A stretch of DNA of 64,000 nt from assembly GCA_964016885.1 (NCBI GenBank), contig OZ024745.1:46872001-46936000 (forward strand), given 5' to 3'. Below, one piece after another: positions 1-14,400 of this stretch (position 1 is its first letter; each line of letters starts with the position of its first letter). The position numbers and the translations under genes were made by a program. Under the pieces are notes generated by a model that was given only the letters and a program-made list of their open reading frames with translations, was not told the DNA's origin and made no database searches. Source of the DNA: Eledone cirrhosa (Eukaryota).

Positions 1-3000
1 TATTTCGGTGCTCCGTTTTTTTATGGGGGGGTCCGTTTTTTATTTCGGTGCCCCGTTTTTTATTTGGTTGACCCGTTCTTTATTTTGATGCCCCGTTTTT
101 TATGGAGGGGTCCGTTTTTTATTTGGGTGCCCCGTTTTTTATTTGGGTGCCCCGTCTTTTATTTGGGTGGCCCGTTTTTTTATTTGGGTGCCCCGTTTTA
201 TTTGGGTGCCCCGTCTTTTATTTGGGTGCCCCGTTTTTTATTTGGGTGCCCCTTTTTTGTTTGGGTGCCCCGTTTTTTTATTTAGGTGACCCATTATTTT
301 ATTTGGGCCCATGTCTTTTATTTGGGTGCCCCGTTTTTTTATGGGGGGTCCATTTTTTATTTGGGTGCCCCGTGTTTTTTTTGGGTGCCCCTTTTTTTAT
401 TTGGGTGCCTCGTTTTTTATTTGGGTGCCACGTTTTTTATTTGGGTGCCCCGTTATTTTATTTGTGGCCCCGTTTTTTATTTGGGTGCCACGTTTGTTTT
501 GGAGGGATCCATTTTTTATTTGGGTGCCCCGTGTTTTTCTTTGGGTGCCCCGTTTTTTATTTGGGTGCCCCGTCTTTTATTTGGGTGCCTCGTTTTTTTA
601 TTTGGGTGACTCGTTTTTTTTTTGGGTGCCCCGTTTTTTTATTTGGGTGCCCCGTTTTTTATTTGGGTCCCTCGTTTTTTATTGGGTGGGGTCCGTTTTT
701 TATTTGGGTGCCCCGTTTTAAAGGGTGGTCCGTTTTTTATTTGGGTTCCCCGTTCTTTATTTGGGTGCCCTGTTCTTTATTTGGGTGCCCCGTCTTTTAT
801 TTGGTGCCCCGTTTTTTATTTGGGTGCCTCGTTTTATGGGCGGGTTCCGTTTTTTATTTGGATGCCCCGTTTTTTATTTGGTGCCCCGTTTTTAATTTGG
901 GTGCCCCGTTCTTTTATTTATGTGCGCGTTTTTTTATTTGGGCGACCCGTTTTTTTATTTGGGTGCACGTTTCTTATTTTGGTACCCCTTTTTTTATTTG
1001 GGTGCCCCGTTTTTTATTTGGGTGCCCCGATTTTTCATGGGAGGTCTGTTTTTTATTTGGGTACCCCGTTTTTTTATGGGGGGTCCGTTTTTTATTTGGA
1101 TGCCCCGTTTTTTTATGGGCGGGTGGTTTTTTTATTTGGGTGCCTCGTTATTTATGGCGGGTCCGTTCTTTATTTGGGTGCCCCGTTTTAAAGGTTGGTC
1201 CGTTTTTTATTTGGGTGCCCCGTTTTTTAATTGGGTTCCCCATTCTTTATTTGGGTGCCCTGTTCTTTATTTGGGTGCCCCGTTTTTTATTTGCGTGCTC
1301 CGTTTTTTTTATTTGGGTGCCCCGTTTTTTATGGGGGGGTTCCGTCTTTTGTTTGGGTGCCCCGTTTTTTATTTGGGTGCCCCGTTTTATTATTTGGGTT
1401 CCCCGTTTTTAATTTGGGTGCTCCGTTTTTTTATTTGGATGCCCGTTTTTTATTTGGGTGCACCGTATTTTATTTGGGTGAACCGTATTTTATTTGGGTG
1501 CCCCGTCTATTATTTGGGTGACCCGTTTTTTATTGGGGTGGGGTTCGTTTTTTATGGTGGAGAACGTTTTTTATTTGGGTGCCTCGTTTTATGGGGGGGC
1601 GTATTTTTTTGGGTGCCCCGTTTTTATATGGGGGGTCCGTTTTTTATTTGGGGGCCCCGTCTTTTTATTTGGGTGCCCCGTTTTTTATTTGAGTGCCCCG
1701 TTTTTTAATTGGGTTCCCCGTTCTTTATTTGGTTGCCCCATTCTTTATTAGGGTGCCCCGTTTTTTATTTGGGTGCCTCGTTTTTTTATTTGGGTGACTC
1801 GTTTTTTATTTGGGTGCCCCGTTTTTTTATTTGGGTGCCCCGTTTTTTATTTGGGTGCCCCGTTTTTTTATTTGGGTCCCTCGTTTTTTATTGGGTGGGG
1901 TCCGTTTTTTATTTGGGTGCCCCGTTTTAAAGGGTGGTCCGTTTTTTATTTGGGTTCCCCGTTCTTTATTTGGGTGCCCTGTTCTTTATTTGGGTGCCCC
2001 ATCTTTTATTTGGTGCCCCGTTTTTTATTTGGGTGGCCCGTTTTATGGGCGGGTTCCGTTTTTTATTTGGATGCCCCGCATTTTATTTGGTGCGCCGTTT
2101 TTAATTTGGGTACCCCGTACTTTTATTTGGGTGCCCCGTTTTATTATTTGGGTTCCCCGTTTTTAATTTGGGTGCTCCGTTTTTTTATTTGGATGCCCGT
2201 TTTTTATTTGGGTGCACCGTATTTTATTTGGGTGAACCGTATTTTATTTGGGTGCCCCGTCTATTATTTGGGTGCCCCGTTTTTATTTGGGTGACCCGTT
2301 TTTTATTTTGATGCCCCGTTTTTTATGGAGGGGTCCGTTTTTTATTTGGGTGCCCCGTTTTTTATTTGGGTGCCCCGTCTTTTATTTGGGTGGCCCTTTT
2401 TTTTATTTGGGTGCCCCGTTTTATTTGGGTGACCCGTCTTTTATTTGGGTGCCCCGTTTTTTTATTTGGGTGCCCCTTTTTTGTTTGGGTGCCCCGTTTT
2501 TTATTTAGGTGAACCATTATTTTATTTGGGCCCATGTTTTTTATTTGGGTGCCCTATTTTTTTATGGGGGGTCCATTTTTTATTTCGGTGCCCCGTGTTT
2601 TTTTTGGGTGCCCCGTTTTTTATTTGGGTGCCTCGTTTTTTATTTGGGTGCCACGTTTTTTATTTGGGTGCCCCGATTTTTCATGGGAGGTCTGTTTTTT
2701 ATTTGGGTACCCCGTTTTTTTATGGGGGGTCCGTTTTTTATTTGGATGCCCCGTTTTTTTATGGGCGGGTGGTTTTTTTATTTGGGTGCCTCGTTATTTA
2801 TGGCGGGTCCGTTTTTCATTTGGGTGCCCCGTTTTTTATGGTGGGTTCCGTTTTTTATTTGGGTGCCCCGTTTTTTTATGGGGGGTCCATTTTTTTATTT
2901 GGGTTCCACTTTTTTTTTTGGAGCCCGGTTTTTTTATGGGGGTCCGTTTTTTATTTGGGTGCCACGTTCTTTTATGGGAGGGTCTGTTTTTTATTTGGGT

Positions 3001-6000
3001 GTCCCGTCCTTTATTTGGGTGCCCCGTTTTTTATTTGGGTGCTCGGTTTTTTTATTAAGGTGCCACGTTTTTTATGGGGTGGGGTCAGTTTTTTTTATAA
3101 GGGGTCCGTTTTTTATTTGGGTGCCCCGTTTTAAAGGTTGGTCCGTTTTTTATTTGGGTGCCCCGTTTTTTAATTGGGTTCCCCATTCTTTATTTGGGTG
3201 CCCTGTTCTTTATTTGGGTGCCCCGTTTTTTATTTGCGTGCTCCGTTTTTTTATTTGGGTGCCCCGTTTTTTATGGGGGGGTTCCGTCTTTTGTTTGGGT
3301 GCCCCGTTTTTTATTTGGGTGCCCCGTTTTATTATTTGGGTTCCCCGTTTTTAATTTGGGTGCTCCGTTTTTTTATTTGGATGCCCGTTTTTTATTTGGG
3401 TGCACCGTATTTTATTTGGGTGAACCGTATTTTATTTGGGTGCCCCGTCTATTATTTGGGTGCCCCGTTTTTATTTGGGTGACCCGTTTTTTATTTTGAT
3501 GCCCCGTTTTTTATGGAGGGGTCCGTTTTTCATTTGGGTGCCCCGTTTTTTATTTGGGTGCCCCGTTTTTTTATTTGGGTGCCCCTTTTTTGTTTGGGTG
3601 CCCCGTTTTTTATTTAGGTGACCCATTATTTTATTTGGGCCCATGTTTTTTATTTGGGTGCCCCGTTTTATTATGGGGGGTCCATTTTTTATTTGGGTGC
3701 CCCGTGTTTTTTTTGGGTGCCCCGTTTTTTATTTGGGTGCCTCGTTTTTTATTTGGGTGCCACGTTTTTTATTTGGGTGCCCCGTTATTTTATTTGTGGC
3801 CCCGTTTTTTATTTGGGTGTCACGTTTGTTTTGGAGGGATCCATTTTATATTTGGGTGCCCCGTGTTTTTATTTGGGTGCCCCGTTTTTTATTTGGGTGC
3901 CCCGTTTTTTATTTGGGTGCCTCGTTTTTTTATTTGGGAGACTCGTTTTTTTTTTGGGTGCCCCATTTTTTTATTTGGGTGCCCCGTTTTTTATTTGGGT
4001 CCCTCGTTTTTTATTGGGTTGGGTCCGTTTTTTATTTGGGTGCCCCGTTTTAAAGGGTGGTCCGTTTTTTATTTGGATTCCCCGTTCTTTATTTGGGTGC
4101 CCTGTTCTTTATTTGGGTGCCCCGTCTTTTATTTGGTGCCCCGTTTTTTATTTGGGTGCCTCGTTTTATGGGTGGGTTCCGTTTTTTATTTGGATGCCCC
4201 GTTTTTTATTTGGTGCCCCGTTTTTAATTTGGGTGCCCCGTTCTTTTATTTATGTGCGCGTTTTTTTATTTGGGTGACCCTTTTTGTTATTTGGGTGCAC
4301 GTTTCTTATTCTGGTGCCCCTTTTTTTATTTGGGTGCCCCGTTTTTTATTTGGGTGCCCCGATTTTTCATGGGAGGTCTGTTTTTTATTTGTGTACCCCG
4401 TTCTTTTATGGGGGTCCGTTTTTTATTTGGATGCCCCGTTTTTTTATGGGCGGGTGGTTTTTTTATTTGGGTGCCTCGTTATTTATGGCGGGTCCGTTTT
4501 TCATTTGGGTGCCCCGTTTTTTATGATGGGTTCCGTTTTTTATTTGGGTGCCCCGTTTTTTATGGGGGGTCCATTTTTTTATTTGGGTGCCCCGTTTTAA
4601 AGGGTGGTCCGTTTTTTATTTGGGTTCCCCGTTCTTTATTTGGGTGCCCTGTTCTTTATTTGGGTGCCCCATCTTTTATTTGGTGCCCCGTTTTTTATTT
4701 GGGTGCCCCGTTTTATGGGCGGGTTCCGTTTTTTATTTGGATGCCCCGTTTTTTATTTGGTGCCCCGTTTTTAATTTGGGTACCCCGTACTTTTATTTGG
4801 GTGCCCCGTTTTATTATTTGGGTTCCCCGTTTTTAATTTGGGTGCTCCGTTTTTTTATTTGGATGCCCGTTTTTTATTTGGGTGCACCGTATTTTATTTG
4901 GGTGAACCGTATTTTATTTGGGTGCCCCGTCTATTATTTGGGTGCCCCGTTTTTATTTGGGCGACCCGTTTTTTATTTTGATGCCCCGTTTTTTATGGAG
5001 GGGTCCGTTTTTTATTTGGGTGCCCCGTTTTTAATTTGGGTGCCCCGTCTTTTATTTGGGTGGCCGTTTTTTTATTTGGGTGCCCCGTTTTATTTGGGTG
5101 CCCCGTCTTTTATTTGGGTGCCCCGTTTTTTTTATTTGGGTGCCCCTTTTTTGTTTGGGTGCCCCGTTTTTTATTTAGGTGACCCATTATTTTATTTGGG
5201 CCCATGTTTTTATTTGGGTGCCCCGTTTTTTTATGGGGAGTCCATTTTTTATTTGGGTGCCCCGTGTTTTTTGGGGTGCCCCGTTTTTTATTTGGGTGCC
5301 TCGTTTTTTATTTGGGTGCCACGTTTTTTATTTGGGTGCCCCGTTATTATATTTGTGGCCCCGTTTTTTATTTGGGTGCCACGTTTGTTTTGGAGGGATC
5401 CATTTTTTATTTGGGTGCCCCGTGTTTTTATTTGGGTGCCCCGTTTTTTATTTGGGTGCCCCATTTTTTATTTGGGTGCCTCGTTTTTTTATTTGGGTGA
5501 CTCGTTTTTTTTTGGGTGCTCCGTTTTTTTATTTGTGTGCCCCGTTTTTTATTTGGGTACCTCGTTTTTTATTGGGTGGGGTCCGTTTTTTATTTGGGTG
5601 CCCCGTTTTAAAGGGTGGTCCGTTTTTTATTTGGGTTCTTTATTTGGGTGCCCTGTTCTTTATTTGGGTGCCCCGTCTTTTATTCGGTGCCCCGTTTTTT
5701 ATTTGGGTGCCTCGTTTTATGGGCGGGTTCCGTTTTTTATTTGGATGCCCCGTTTTTTATTTGGGTGACCCGTTTTTTTATTTGGGTGCACGTTTCTTAT
5801 TTTGGTGCCCCTTTTTTATTTGGGTGCCCCGTTTTTTATTTGGGTGCCCCGATTTTTCATGGGAGGTCTGTTTTTTATTTGGATGCCCCGTTTTTTTATG
5901 GGCGGGTCTTTTTTTATTTGGGTGCCTCGTTATTTATGGCGGGTCCGTTTTTCATTTGGGTGCCCTGTTTTTTATGGTGGGTTCCGTTTTTTATTTGGGT

Positions 6001-9000
6001 GCCCCGTTTTTTTATGGGGGGTCCATTTTTTTATTTGGGTTCCACTTTTTTTTTTTGGAGCCCGGTTTTTTTATGGGGGGTCCGTTTTTTATTTGGGTGC
6101 CACGTTCTTTTATGGGAGGGTCTGTTTTTTATTTGGGTGTCCCGTCCTTTATTTGGGTGCCCCGTTTTTTATTTGGGTGCTCGGTTTTTTTATTAAGGTA
6201 CCACGTTTTTTATGGGGTGGGTTCAGTTTTTTTATAAGGGGTCCGTTCTTTATTTGGGTGCCCCGTTTTAAAGGTTGGTCCGTTTTTTATTTGGGTGCCC
6301 CGTTTTTTAATTGGGTTCCCCATTCTTTATTTGGGTTGCCCTGTTCTTTATTTGGGTGCCCCGTTTTTTATTTGCGTGCTCCGTTTTTTTATCTGGGTGC
6401 CCCGTTTTTTATGGGGGGTTCCGTCTTTTGTTTGGGTGCCCCGTTTTTTATTTGGGTGCCCCGTTTTATTATTTGTGTTCCCCGTTTTTAATTTGGGTGT
6501 TCCGTTTTTTTATTTGGATGCCCGTTTTTTATTTGGGTGCACCGTATTTTATTTGGGTGAACCGTATTTTATTTCGGTGCCCCGTCTATTATTTGGGTGC
6601 CCCGTTTTTTATTGGGGTGGGGTTCGTTTTTTATGGTGGAGTCCGTTTTTTATTTGGGTGCCCCGTTTTATGGGGGGGCGTATTTTATTTGGGTGCCCCG
6701 TTTTTATATGGGGGGTCCGTTTTTTATTTGGGTGCCCCGTCTTTTTATTTGGGTGCCCCGTTTTTTATTTGAGTGCCCCGTTTTTTAATTGGGTTCCCCG
6801 TTCTTTATTTGGTTGCCCCGTTCTTTATTAGGGTGCCCCGTTTTTTATTTGGGTGCCTCGTTTTTTTATTTGGGTGACTCGTTTTTTATTTGGGTGCCCC
6901 GTTTTTTATTTGGGTGCCCCGTTTTTTATTTGGGTGCCCCGTTATTTTATTTGGGTCCCTCGTTTTTTATTGGGTGGGGTCCGTTTTTTATTTGGGTGCC
7001 CCGTTTTAAAGGGTGGTCCGTTTTTTATTTGGGTTCCCCGTTCTTTATTTGGGTGCCCTGTTCTTTATTTGGGTGCCCCATCTTTTATTTGGTGCCCCGT
7101 TTTTTATTTGGGTGCCCCGTTTTATGGGCGTGTTCCTTTTTTATTTGGATGCCCCGTTTTTTATTTGGTGCCCCGTATTTAATTTGGGTACCCCGTACTT
7201 TTATTTGGGTGCCCCGTTTTATTATTTGGGTTCCCCGTTTTTAATTTGGGTGCTCCGTTTTTTTATTTGGATACCCGTTTTTTATTTGGGTGCACCGTAT
7301 TTTATTTGGGTGAACCGTATTTTATTTGGGTGCCCCGTCTATTATTTGGGTGCCCCGTTTTTATTTGGGTGACCCGTTTTTTATTTTGATGCCCCGTTTT
7401 TTATGGAGGGGTCCGTTTTTTATTTGGGTTCCCCGTTCTTTATTTGGGTGCCCTGTTCTTTATTTGGGTGCCCCATCTTTTATTTGGTGCCCCGTTTTTT
7501 ATTTGGGTGCCCCGTTTTATGGGCGGGTTCCGTTTTTTATTTCGGTGCTCCGTTTTTTTATGGGGGGGTCCGTTTTTTATTTCGGTGCCCCGTTTTTTAT
7601 TTGGTTGACCCGTTTTTTATTTTGATGCCCCGTTTTTTATGGAGGGGTCCGTTTTTTATTTGGGTGCCCCGTTTTTTATTTGGGTGCCCCGTCTTTTATT
7701 TGGGTGGCCCGTTTTTTTATTTGGGTGCCCCGTTTTATTTGGGTGCCCCGTCTTTTATTTGGGTGCCCCGTTTTTTTATTTGGGTGCCCCTTTTTTGTTT
7801 GGGTGCCCCGTTTTTTTATTTAGGTGACCCATTATTTTATTTGGGCCCATGTTTTTTATTTGGGTGCCCCGTTTTTTTATGGGGGGTCCATTTTTTATTT
7901 GGGTGCCCCGTGTTTTTTTTGGGTGCCCCTTTTTTTATTTGGGTGCCTCGTTTTTTATTTGGGTGCCACGTTTTTTATTTGGGTGCCCCGTTATTTTATT
8001 TGTGGCCCCGTTTTTTATTTGGGTGCCACGTTTGTTTTGGAGGGATCCATTTTTTATTTGGGTGCCCCGTGTTTTTCTTTGGGTGCCCCGTTTTTTATTT
8101 GGGTGCCCCGTCTTTTATTTGGGTGCCTCGTTTTTTTATTTGGGTGACTCGTTTTTTTTTTGGGTGACCCGTTTTTTTATTTGGGTGCCCCGTTTTTTAT
8201 TTGGGTCCCTCGTTTTTTATTGGGTGGGGTCCGTTTTTTATTTGGGTGCCCCGTTTTAAAGGGTGGTCCGTTTTTTATTTGGGTTCCCCGTTCTTTATTT
8301 GGGTGCCCTGTTCTTTATTTGGGTGCCCCGTCTTTTATTCGGTGCCCCGTTTTTTATTTGGGTGCCTCGTTTTATGGGCGGGTTCCGTTTTTTATTTGGA
8401 TGCCCCGTTTTTTATTTGGTGCCCCGTTTTTAATTTGGGTGCCCCGTTCTTTTATTTATGTGCGCGTTTTTTTATTTGGGCGACCCGTTTTTTTATTTGG
8501 GTGCACGTTTCTTATTTTGGTACCCCTTTTTTTATTTGGGTGCCCCGTTCTTTATTTGGGTGCCCCGATTTTTCATGGGAGGTCTGTTTTTTATTTGGGT
8601 ACCCCGTTTTTTTATGGGGGGTCCGTTTTTTATTTGGATGCCCCGTTTTTTTATGGGCGGGTGGTTTTTTATTTGGGTGCCTCGTTATTTATGGCGGGTC
8701 CGTTCTTTATTTGGGTGCCCCGTTTTAAAGGTTGGTCCGTTTTTTATTTGGGTGCCCCGTTTTTTAATTGGGTTCCCCATTCTTTATTTGGGTGCCCTGT
8801 TCTTTATTTGGGTGCCCCGTTTTTTATTTGCGTGCTCCGTTTTTTTTATTTGGGTGCCCCGTTTTTTATGGGGGGGTTCCGTCTTTTGTTTGGGTGCCCC
8901 GTTTTTTATTTGGGTGCCCCGTTTTATTATTTGGGTTCCCCGTTTTTAATTTGGGTGCTCCGTTTTTTTATTTGGATGCCCGTTTTTTATTTGGGTGCAC

Positions 9001-10269
9001 CGTATTTTATTTGGGTGAACCGTATTTTATTTGGGTGCCCCGTCTATTATTTGGGTGACCCGTTTTTTATTGGGGTGGGGTTCGTTTTTTATGGTGGAGT
9101 CCGTTTTTTATTTGGGTGCCTCGTTTTATGGGGGGGCGTATTTTTTTGGGTGCCCCGTTTTTATATGGGGGGTCCGTTTTTTATTTGGGGGCCCCGTCTT
9201 TTTATTTGGGTGCCCCGTTTTTTATTTGAGTGCCCCGTTTTTTAATTGGGTTCCCCGTTCTTTATTTGGTTGCCCCATTCTTTATTAGGGTGCCCCGTTT
9301 TTTATTTGGGTGCCTCGTTTTTTTATTTGGGTGACTCGTTTTTTATTTGGGTGCCCCGTTTTTTTATTTGGGTGCCCCGTTTTTTATTTGGGTGCCCCGT
9401 TTTTTTATTTGGGTCCCTCGTTTTTTATTGGGTGGGGTCCGTTTTTTATTTGGGTGCCCCGTTTTAAAGGGTGGTCCGTTTTTTATTTGGGTTCCCCGTT
9501 CTTTATTTGGGTGCCCTGTTCTTTATTTGGGTGCCCCATCTTTTATTTGGTGCCCCGTTTTTTATTTGGGTGGCCCGTTTTATGGGCGGGTTCCGTTTTT
9601 TATTTGGATGCCCCGCATTTTATTTGGTGCGCCGTTTTTAATTTGGGTACCCCGTACTTTTATTTGGGTGCCCCGTTTTATTATTTGGGTTCCCCGTTTT
9701 TAATTTGGGTGCTCCGTTTTTTTATTTGGATGCCCGTTTTTTATTTGGGTGCACCGTATTTTATTTGGGTGAACCGTATTTTATTTGGGTGCCCCGTCTA
9801 TTATTTGGGTGCCCCGTTTTTATTTGGGTGACCCGTTTTTTATTTTGATGCCCCGTTTTTTATGGAGGGGTCCGTTTTTTATTTGGGTGCCCCGTTTTTT
9901 ATTTGGGTGCCCCGTCTTTTATTTGGGTGGCCCTTTTTTTTATTTGGGTGCCCCGTTTTATTTGGGTGACCCGTCTTTTATTTGGGTGCCCCGTTTTTTT
10001 ATTTGGGTGCCCCTTTTTTGTTTGGGTGCCCCGTTTTTTATTTAGGTGAACCATTATTTTATTTGGGCCCATGTTTTTTATTTGGGTGCCCTATTTTTTT
10101 ATGGGGGGTCCATTTTTTATTTCTGTGCCCCGTGTTTTTTTTGGGTGCCCCGTTTTTTATTTGGGTGCCTCGTTTTTTATTTGGGTGCCACGTTTTTTAT
10201 TTGGGTGCCCCGTTATTTTATTTGTGGCCCTGTTTTTTATTTAGGTGCCACGTTTGTTTTGGAGGGATC

Positions 10270-10660
10270 CATTTTTTATTTGGGTGCCCCGTGTTTTTAT
10301 TTGGGTGCCCCGTTTTTTATTTGGGTGCCCCGTTTTTTATTTGGGTGCCTCGTTTTTTTATTTGGGTGACTCGTTTTTTTTTTGGGTGCCCCGTTTTTTT
10401 ATTTGGGTGCCCCGTTTTTTATTTGGGTCCCTCGTTTATTATTGGGTGGGGTCCGTTTTTTATTTGGGTGCCCCGTGTTTTTATTTGGGTGCCCCGTTTT
10501 TTATTTGGGTGCCCCGTTTTTTATTTGGGTGCCTCGTTTTTTTATTTGGGTGACTCGTTTTTTTTTTGGGTGCCCCGTTTTTTTATTTGGGTGCCCCGTT
10601 TTTTATTTGGGTCCCTCGTTTTTTATTGGGTGGGGTCCGTTTTTTATTTGGGTGCCCCGT
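10270..10660 (+). repeat. 184-bp local tandem duplication
   Basis: The module CCCCGTGTTTTT..GTGACTCG..GGTCCCTCG..ATTGGGTGGGGTCC occurs twice. ORF starts 10382 and 10566 differ by 184. Confidence 0.85.
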
Positions 10661-11449
10661 TTTAAAGGGTGGTCCGTTTTTTATTTGGGTTCCCCGTTCT
10701 TTATTTGGGTGCCCTGTTCTTTATTTGGGTGCCCCGTCTTTTATTTGGTGCCCCGTTTTTTATTTGGGTGCCTCGTTTTATGGGCGGGTTCCGTTTTTTA
10801 TTTGGATGCCCCGTTTTTTATTTGGTGCCCCGTTTTTAATTTGGGTGCCCCGTTCTTTTATTTATGTGCGCGTTTTTTTATTTGGGTGACCCTTTTTGTT
10901 ATTTGGGTGCACGTTTCTTATTTTGGTGCCCCTTTTTTTATTTGGGTGCCCCGTTTTTTATTTGGGTGCCCCGATTTTTCATGGGAGGTCTGTTTTTTAT
11001 TTGGGTACCCCGTTTTTTTATGGGGGGTCCGTTTTTTATTTGGATGCCCCGTTTTTTTATGGGCGGGTGGTTTTTTTATTTGGGTGCCTCGTTATTTATG
11101 GCGGGTCCGTTTTTCATTTGGGTGCCCCGTTTTTTATGGTGGGTTCCGTTTTTTATTTGGGTGCCCCGTTTTTTATGTGGGGTCCATTTTTTTATTTGGG
11201 TTCCACTTTTTTTTTTGGAGCCCGGTTTTTTTATGGGGGTCCGTTTTTTATTTGGGTGCCACGTTCTTTTATGGGAGGGTCTGTTTTTTATTTGGGTGTC
11301 CCGTCCTTTATTTGGGTGCCCCGTTTTTTATTTGGGTGCTCGGTTTTTTTATTAAGGTGCCACGTTTTTTATGGGGTGGGGTCAGTTTTTTTTATAAGGG
11401 GTCCGTTTTTTATTTGGGTGCCCCGTTTTAAAGGTTGGTCCGTTTTTTA

Positions 11450-14400
11450 TTTGGGTGCCCCGTTTTTTAATTGGGTTCCCCATTCTTTATTTGGGTGCCC
11501 TGTTCTTTATTTGGGTGCCCCGTTTTTTATTTGGGTGCCTCGTTTTTTATTTGGGTGCCACGTTTTTTATTTGGGTGCCCCGTTATTTTATTTGTGGCCC
11601 CGTTTTTTATTTGGGTGCCACGTTTGTTTTGGAGGGATCCATTTTATATTTGGGTGCCCCGTGTTTTTATTTGGGTGCCCCGTTTTTTATTTGGGTGCCC
11701 CGTTTTTTATTTGGGTGCCTCGTTTTTTTATTTGGGAGACTCGTTTTTTTTTGGGTGCCTCATTTTTTTATTTGGGTGCCCCGTTTTTTATTTGGGTCCC
11801 TCGTTTTTTATTGGGTGGGGTCCGTTTTTTATTTGGGTGCCCCGTTTTAAAGGGTGGTCCGTTTTTTATTTGGATTCCCCGTTCTTTATTTGGGTGCCCT
11901 GTTCTTTATTTGGGTGCCCCGTCTTTTATTTGGTGCCCCGTTTTTTATTTGGGTGCCTCGTTTTATGGGTGGGTTCCGTTTTTTATTTGGATGCCCCGTT
12001 TTTTATTTGGTGCCCCGTTTTTAATTTGGGTGCCCCGTTCTTTTATTTATGTGCGCGTTTTTTTATTTGGGTGACCCTTTTTGTTATTTGGGTGCACGTT
12101 TCTTATTCTGGTGCCCCCTTTTTTATTTGGGTGCCCCGTTTTTTATTTGGGTGCCCCGATTTTTCATGGGAGGTCTGTTTTTTATTTGGGTACCCCGTTT
12201 TTTTATGGGGGTCCGTTTTTTATTTGGATGCCCCGTTTTTTTATGGGCGGGTGGTTTTTTTATTTGGGTGCCTCGTTATTTATGGCGGGTCCGTTTTTCA
12301 TTTGGGTGCCCCGTTTTTTATGATGGGTTCCGTTTTTTATTTGGGTGCCCCGTTTTTTATGGGGGGTCCATTTTTTTATTTGGGTGCCCCGTTTTAAAGG
12401 GTGGTCCGTTTTTTATTTGGGTTCCCCGTTCTTTATTTGGGTGCCCTGTTCTTTATTTGGGTGCCCCATCTTTTATTTGGTGCCCCGTTTTTTATTTGGG
12501 TGCCCCGTTTTATGGGCGGGTTCCGTTTTTTATTTGGATGCCCCGTTTTTTATTTGGTGCCCCGTTTTTAATTTGGGTACCCCGTACTTTTATTTGGGTG
12601 CCCCGTTTTATTATTTGGGTTCCCCGTTTTTAATTTGGGTGCTCCGTTTTTTTATTTGGATGCCCGTTTTTTATTTGGGTGCACCGTATTTTATTTGGGT
12701 GAACCGTATTTTATTTGGGTGCCCCGTCTATTATTTGGGTGCCCCGTTTTTATTTGGGTGACCCGTTTTTTATTTTGATGCCCCGTTTTTTATGGAGGGG
12801 TCCGTTTTTTATTTGGGTGCCCCGTTTTTAATTTGGGTGCCCCGTCTTTTATTTGGGTGGCCGTTTTTTTATTTGGGTGCCCCGTTTTATTTGGGTGCCC
12901 CGTCTTTTATTTGGGTGCCCCGTTTTTTTTATTTGGGTGCCCCTTTTTTGTTTGGGTGCCCCGTTTTTTATTTAGGTGACCCATTATTTTATTTGGGCCC
13001 ATGTTTTTATTTGGGTGCCCCGTTTTTTTATGGGGGGTCCATTTTTTATTTGGGTGCCCCGTGTTTTTTTGGGGTGCCCCGTTTTTTATTTGGGTGCCTC
13101 GTTTTTTATTTGGGTGCCACGTTTTTTATTTGGGTGCCCCGTTATTATATTTGTGGCCCCGTTTTTTATTTGGGTGCCACGTTTGTTTTGGAGGGATCCA
13201 TTTTTTATTTGGGTGCCCCGTGTTTTTATTTGGGTGCCCCGTTTTTTATTTGGGTGCCCCGTTTTTTATTTGGGTGCCTCGTTTTTTTATTTGGGTGACT
13301 CGTTTTTTTTTGGGTGCTCCGTTATTTTATTTGTGTGCCCCGTTTTTTATTTGGGTACCTCGTTTTTTATTGGGTGGGGTCCGTTTTTTATTTGGGTGCC
13401 CCGTTTTAAAGGGTGGTCCGTTTTTTATTTGGGTTCTTTATTTGGGTGCCCTGTTCTTTATTTGGGTGCCCCGTCTTTTATTCGGTGCCCCGTTTTTTAT
13501 TTGGGTGCCTCGTTTTATGGGCGGGTTCCGTTTTTTATTTGGATGCCCCGTTTTTTATTTGGTGCCCCGTTTTTAATTTGGGTGCCCCGTTCTTTTATTT
13601 ATGTGCGCGTTTTTTTATTTGGGTGACCCGTTTTTTTATTTGGGTGCACGTTTCTTATTTTGGTGCCCCTTTTTTATTTGGGTGCCCCGTTTTTTATTTG
13701 GGTGCCCCGATTTTTCATGGGAGGTCTGTTTTTTATTTGGATGCCCCGTTTTTTTATGGGCGGGTCTTTTTTTATTTGGGTGCCTCGTTATTTATGGCGG
13801 GTCCGTTTTTCATTTGGGTGCCCTGTTCTTTATGGTGGGTTCCGTTTTTTATTTGGGTGCCCCGTTTTTTTATGGGGGGTCCATTTTTTTATTTGGGTTC
13901 CACTTTTTTTTTTTGGAGCCCGGTTTTTTTATGGGGGGTCCGTTTTTTATTTGGGTGCCACGTTCTTTTATGGGAGGGTCTGTTTTTTATTTGGGTGTCC
14001 CGTCCTTTATTTGGGTGCCCCGTTTTTTATTTGGGTGCTCGGTTTTTTTATTAAGGTACCACGTTTTTTATGGGGTGGGTTCAGTTTTTTTATAAGGGGT
14101 CCGTTCTTTATTTGGGTGCCCCGTTTTAAAGGTTGGTCCGTTTTTTATTTGGGTGCCCCGTTTTTTAATTGGGTTCCCCATTCTTTATTTGGGTTGCCCT
14201 GTTCTTTATTTGGGTGCCCCGTTTTTATTTGCGTGCTCCGTTTTTTTATCTGGGTGCCCCGTTTTTTATGGGGGGTTCCGTCTTTTGTTTGGGTGCCCCG
14301 TTTTTTATTTGGGTGCCCCGTTTTATTATTTGGGTTCCCCGTTTTTAATTTGGGTGTTCCGTTTTTTTATTTGGATGCCCGTTTTTTATTTGGGTGCACC